A stretch of DNA of 64,000 bases, taken from Synechococcus sp. (lineage in GTDB: Bacteria; Cyanobacteriota; Cyanobacteriia; PCC-6307; Cyanobiaceae). A program made the translations under genes and the position numbers. The stretch spans positions 984,203 through 1,048,202 of the forward strand of contig JBJBEO010000001.1 in the NCBI GenBank assembly GCA_047284725.1, read 5' to 3'. Below the pieces are notes generated by a model, which saw nothing but the letters and a program-made list of their open reading frames with translations, did not search any database and was not told where the DNA came from. Of the stretch, positions 59,748-64,000 are shown piece by piece (positions within the stretch are counted from its first letter, which is position 1; each line of letters begins with the position of its first letter).

Positions 59748-60641
59748 ATGGCTCTGATTCTTCCGCGCAACTATCACAAAATCGCTGCGGTTGAACGCAA
59801 CCGGATTTCCTGGATTGAGCCCGATCTGGCTGAACGTCAGGACATCCGGCCCTTGCGCATTGGCATCCTCAATATCATGCCGCTGGGTAAGCAGTACGAG
59901 TTCAATCTGCTGCACCCGCTTGGCTTATCCCCTCTGCAGATTGAGCCGATTTGGATTCGTCTCACCAGCCATTCGTACAAAACCTGGGACAACAGCCATC
60001 TGGATCAGCTCTATGTCACCTGGGAGGAAGCCACAGCGCATGCACCCCTCGATGGGCTGATCATCACCGGTGCTCCGGTTGAGCATCTGCCGTTTGAGCA
60101 GGTCAACTACTGGGCAGAGCTGGTGGAGTTGATCGATGATGCCCGGCGCACCTGCGCCAGCACGCTTGGCTTGTGTTGGGCGGGGTTTGCTCTGGCTTAT
60201 CTGGCTGGTGTCGACAAGCTGCCCTTCGCGCAGAAGTTGTTCGGCGTTTACCCGATGCGAAGTCTTGTGCCTGGACACCCTTTGATGGGGACGCAAGACG
60301 ACGTGTTTGTGTGTCCCCAGAGCCGCCATGCCGGCTTGCCAGAAGCAGCGATGGAAGCAGCACAGCGGCAGGGCCGGTTGCGTCTTCTCGCCCATGGAGA
60401 AGAGGTTGGTTACACAATTTTTGAAACCACAGATCAACGCCAGTTGATGCATCTCGGGCATCCTGAATACAACGCCGGCAGAATTCTGGAAGAGATGGAA
60501 CGTGATAAAGCCAGAGGTGATGTGCCCCCTCCGGAGAACTTTGATCCCGATCAAGCCCAAACCCTCTGGCGATCCCATCGCAACCTGCTGTTTCAACAGT
60601 GGGTGTGGTTCTGCTATCAGCGGGTCAGCTTGAATGCCTGA
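59748..60641 (+). CDS. metA: Homoserine O-acyltransferase (MetA family, likely acetyltransferase)
   Basis: QDIRPLRI, LNIMP, TGAPVE, CWA, SRH, GHPEY. Confidence 0.95.
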   Translation: MALILPRNYHKIAAVERNRISWIEPDLAERQDIRPLRIGILNIMPLGKQYEFNLLHPLGLSPLQIEPIWIRLTSHSYKTWDNSHLDQLYVTWEEATAHAPLDGLIITGAPVEHLPFEQVNYWAELVELIDDARRTCASTLGLCWAGFALAYLAGVDKLPFAQKLFGVYPMRSLVPGHPLMGTQDDVFVCPQSRHAGLPEAAMEAAQRQGRLRLLAHGEEVGYTIFETTDQRQLMHLGHPEYNAGRILEEMERDKARGDVPPPENFDPDQAQTLWRSHRNLLFQQWVWFCYQRVSLNA

Positions 60642-60891
60642 TGAATGCACAGATGCAATGTGCGGTTGATGTGTATCTCCCGCACATTGCTGCTCTCAAG
60701 GCCAGAGGACTGTGTTCAAAGCTGAGTTGGATTGAGTGGCTCGAACGATGAGCTTCATCAGGGCTGATTCCTTCAAGCTTTGTTGAGCCCATTTTTTCCT
60801 GGATTAGTCCTGTGGCCAAGGCTCCAGATGTTGTTATTGACCTGTCCGCCTGAATAATGATAGAAATGGGCAGAAGCACGCTAAGCATTTC

Positions 60892-61182
60892 ATGTACGTC
60901 ACCTGCGTTCACGTCAAGGTTAAAGCAGATCACGTCGCCGAATTCATTCAAGCGTCAGAAAAGAACCATGCTTGCTCTATTAAAGAGTCCGGTAATTGCC
61001 GGTTTGATGTACTGCAAAGTCTTGATGATCCAACGATCTTTGTTTTGTACGAAGCCTATGCATCCAAGGCTGATGCCGCAGCACACAAGGAGACGGAGCA
61101 TTATCTGAAATGGCGAGAGACCGTTGCGGATTGGATGGCGGAGCCGAGAAATGGAATTTCCTACAATTCAGTAGCGCCTTGA
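60892..61182 (+). CDS. ABM/LsrG-like dimeric alpha-beta barrel protein
   Basis: GNCRFDVLQ, FVLYEAY, AAAHKETEHY. Confidence 0.85.
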   Translation: MYVTCVHVKVKADHVAEFIQASEKNHACSIKESGNCRFDVLQSLDDPTIFVLYEAYASKADAAAHKETEHYLKWRETVADWMAEPRNGISYNSVAP

Positions 61183-61204
61183 TCGCTGATCTTCTGAATA
61201 GCTG

Positions 61205-62389
61205 ATGGGATTGTCTTTCTCGTTGTCTCGAATACCCACAATTCACTGTGGAACAGGCATTCTCGACAACATCACCGATTGGCTGGTCGGGCGACATGCA
61301 AAGTTTGTCCTGCTGGTCACCGGCTCGTCCTCGCTTGAAAGGCATGGACATCTGGGCAGAGTCCGGCATTTAATCTCCAACTCGGGAGCCACTTTTGAGC
61401 ATATCCAAAGTCAAGGCGAACCCGGCTCGGATTTTGTTGATGCTGTTTCGCAACGACTTCATTCGCAGAAGCTGGATGCGGTGATCGCTGTTGGAGGAGG
61501 CAGTGCCATTGATCTGGGGAAGGCCTTGGCGGCAATGATTCCTGTTGGAAATTCAGTCCTGGATCATCTTGAGGGGGTTGGAAAAGGAATCAGCCATGGC
61601 GGCGAGATGCTTCCCTATCTGGCGATCCCTACAACCTCTGGAACCGGTGGTGAGGTCTCTAAAAATGCTGTTTTAAGTCAGGTTGGAGTTGATGGATACA
61701 AGAAATCATTGAGGCATGAAAATTTCATTCCTCATGCTGTCATTTTAGACAGTGACTTGCTGATCGAGACTGAGCCCGAGATAACGGCTGCGTGCGGAAT
61801 GGATGCCTTGACGCAACTCCTGGAACCCTATTTTTCTGATCTGGCATCTCCAATCACCGATGCCATCGTTTGGAGCGGACTGGAGTCATTGGTGCCAAAC
61901 CTGCTGGCTGCGTGTGGTGATGGAGCGGGACGTCACGACGTACGACTGGCGATGGCGTATGGAGCTCTTTGTTCCGGGATCGGCCTGGCAAACGCGGGGC
62001 TCGGCATTGTTCATGGTCTAGCGGGGCCTATCGGTGGCTGGTTTGATATCCCTCATGGGGTGATCTGTGGCACGTTGATTGGTTCGGCTCAACGGCAGAA
62101 TTGGTTGGCCATTCAGGATCGCGCGCCTCACCATCCGGTGATCAGGCGAATGGCACGGGTTGGCAGCTTGATGCCAGGCGCTGAAGCGATCAAGGATGAG
62201 TTTCAGCTTGTTGAGCACCTGACCACCAAGCTTGAGCAATGGGTTGATGCTCTTGCCATTCCACGACTTGGTGTCTTCGGGTTGAAATCCGAAGATCTGG
62301 ATCGTCTTGTTCTTGCGGCCAGTAATCGCAACAATCCAATTCAACTGTCAGCGACAGAGATCAGATGTTTGCTGGAAAGGCGCCTCTAA
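61205..62389 (+). CDS. Iron-containing alcohol dehydrogenase family protein
   Basis: GGGSAID, PTTSGTGGE, GMDALTQ, GIVHG, PHG. Confidence 0.9.
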   Translation: MGLSFSLSRIPTIHCGTGILDNITDWLVGRHAKFVLLVTGSSSLERHGHLGRVRHLISNSGATFEHIQSQGEPGSDFVDAVSQRLHSQKLDAVIAVGGGSAIDLGKALAAMIPVGNSVLDHLEGVGKGISHGGEMLPYLAIPTTSGTGGEVSKNAVLSQVGVDGYKKSLRHENFIPHAVILDSDLLIETEPEITAACGMDALTQLLEPYFSDLASPITDAIVWSGLESLVPNLLAACGDGAGRHDVRLAMAYGALCSGIGLANAGLGIVHGLAGPIGGWFDIPHGVICGTLIGSAQRQNWLAIQDRAPHHPVIRRMARVGSLMPGAEAIKDEFQLVEHLTTKLEQWVDALAIPRLGVFGLKSEDLDRLVLAASNRNNPIQLSATEIRCLLERRL

Positions 62390-62549
62390 CCTGGACGTCA
62401 CGATTGATTGAGCTCGTGTTGAGGTTTCGGCTCTGGGCGATTGATCTTTCAGATCATGCAAAATCACTTGCTTTTCTTGAGGTGGCAAGTTCCTGACAGC
62501 GCCGACTCTGATTGCCCGGCGCTGCAGCTTTCTTCCTTGCGATGCAAGA

Positions 62550-62906
62550 CTAGTGTCGAAAGCCTTTTTCAACCTTGAACAAAACGGGGCTTAGCGGAGC
62601 GACTTGTTCCTGCATGGCGGCAAGTTGCTGTTCGGTGCCATGAATTTCAAGTCGTTCAAGTTTGGCGTACTCAAGGGCTTCCTTCAGTTCGTCGCCAACA
62701 TTGTTGAGGTGATGCAATGCCGATTCGGCATCGCTATAGCTTTCGCGGCAGAAGGCTCTGTCCCCTGAGAAGGAAAATCCATAGTTCAAGCATCCTTTTT
62801 CTTCCAAGGTTTTGGCAATCATTTTGTCGCACACGGCTCTGAACTGATCGCCGCACCCTGGGTTGATGAGAAAGTAAGGATGAATGGAAACGGATTGATC
62901 GTTCAT
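62550..62906 (-). CDS. ABM-like (putative quinol monooxygenase fold) protein
   Basis: EKGCLNY, RESY.D...AL.HL pattern. Confidence 0.7.
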   Translation of the reverse strand: MNDQSVSIHPYFLINPGCGDQFRAVCDKMIAKTLEEKGCLNYGFSFSGDRAFCRESYSDAESALHHLNNVGDELKEALEYAKLERLEIHGTEQQLAAMQEQVAPLSPVLFKVEKGFRH

Positions 62907-63165
62907 CTGTCGATTGCCGACTTTAAAGATTCATCATTCTATCATTTTAGTGTCTCCGTTCTTTCTGCCATGCCTGTGGTCTTCGTGTTCGATGCATTGG
63001 TGATAACAAAACGCGTCATGGAATCGTTGAAGACTCGGGTAGACATTCTCAAGTCTGCCGCTGCCGCATGGCCGCCATTCCCGCATCGACCTATTAGCCA
63101 ATTCGGCGGAAGGACCTGACAACCAGGTGATGCGTGGTCAGTGTGTGTGTTTGCACTCTTTGAGA

Positions 63166-63462
63166 ATGCTTCGCCTCCGTTCGGCCCTCGCTGTGACCTT
63201 CGCTGCAGCACAGGTCAGCCTTCTCTCCTCCCTGCCAGGGCAAGCCCACAATCACGACCATCACCACAACCACCACCATGGTGATCATTACGTCTGCGCC
63301 ATCGGTTATCACTTCGCAGGCAACGGTCGTTGTGTCCGGAATGGTCCTTGGTGGACTGGTCGTCGACCTGTCGAATGGGGACCCTATTACGAGCCTCGAC
63401 GGAAGTCTGGCAGCGTCTCTTTTGAGGGCCCGAACGGAGGCGAGATCAAATTGAGGTGGTGA
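63166..63462 (+). CDS. Small secreted His-rich protein
   Basis: Signal peptide ending GQA, then HNHDHHHNHHHGDH and a CAIGYH...GRC motif. Confidence 0.65.
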   Translation: MLRLRSALAVTFAAAQVSLLSSLPGQAHNHDHHHNHHHGDHYVCAIGYHFAGNGRCVRNGPWWTGRRPVEWGPYYEPRRKSGSVSFEGPNGGEIKLRW

Positions 63463-63588
63463 CCAGTTTGCAGTTGAATTTCTGATGCCGGTTTGATGAC
63501 AGCCCCGTGTCGTTTCCTCATTCCATTGGGTTGAGGTCAGCGCGGTGCTGTTACCCCTGGCTGAACTTGATTCACCTCAACAGAGATC

Positions 63589-63771
63589 TTGATGAAGTCA
63601 TACCTCAAGGCGCTTAAGGCAGGCCTCCAAGAGCCGATCCCGCTCTGGGAGCTGCCAGTTCTGCTCGCCATCGCGGTGATCGATTTCACAGTTGGGCTTG
63701 GCTGGCTCAGATATCTCTTCATCGCGGCTGTGGTCTGGTCACTGGTCGCGGTTGCGAAAAAACGTCACTAA
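63589..63771 (+). CDS. Small membrane protein
   Basis: 60 aa with two hydrophobic segments and a basic C-terminus. Confidence 0.5.
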   Translation: MMKSYLKALKAGLQEPIPLWELPVLLAIAVIDFTVGLGWLRYLFIAAVVWSLVAVAKKRH

Positions 63772-64000
63772 TACTTTTGGTCCGTTGCTCCCCCGCGGGC
63801 AGCGCGGCTGCCAAAGGCTCCGTCCCATGCACGACCCCACCAGCTACGGCTGGTGGAGCGATGTGGCAATCACATCAGGCCATCATTGCAACCGTGACCT
63901 CGCCTCGATCGCTGTCACTTCGTGTCAAGCGCTGGGAACCTTCGTTGGTGGCGAGGAGCGCGTCACCACTGATCGGAGAACTTCGCTGGGTCGATTCAGT

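Overview
High-GC picocyanobacterial chromosome segment, most consistent with a marine or euryhaline Synechococcus (psbP, psbY, ycf54, crtH, stpA). About 1-35.7 kb is largely core genome: cdaA-uppS-bioB-trhO, lipA, recR, psbP, an LCP protein, a CPA2 antiporter, an ABC exporter, rbp, a DEAD-box helicase, recCBD, pdxJ, plsC, bolA-grxD, crtH, trmFO and psbY. tRNA-Lys(TTT) and tRNA-Pro(TGG) flank a PAS/histidine kinase/receiver cassette. Downstream of tRNA-Pro is a variable region with small ORFs, a LuxR regulator, a degenerate sigma54-activator-AAA/membrane-polyferredoxin fusion, a Fur paralog and a Gly-pentapeptide/DUF3721-like protein. It is followed by arsS-stpA, a GST, a cryptic GpsA-like dehydrogenase, a non-canonical SbcCD-like pair, a sugar kinase/DOMON/lytic transglycosylase trio, metY-metA, and an LsrG-like/Fe-ADH/ABM insert. 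I saw no CRISPR array, rRNA, integrase or transposase. All calls come from motif recognition by eye; no database searches were run.
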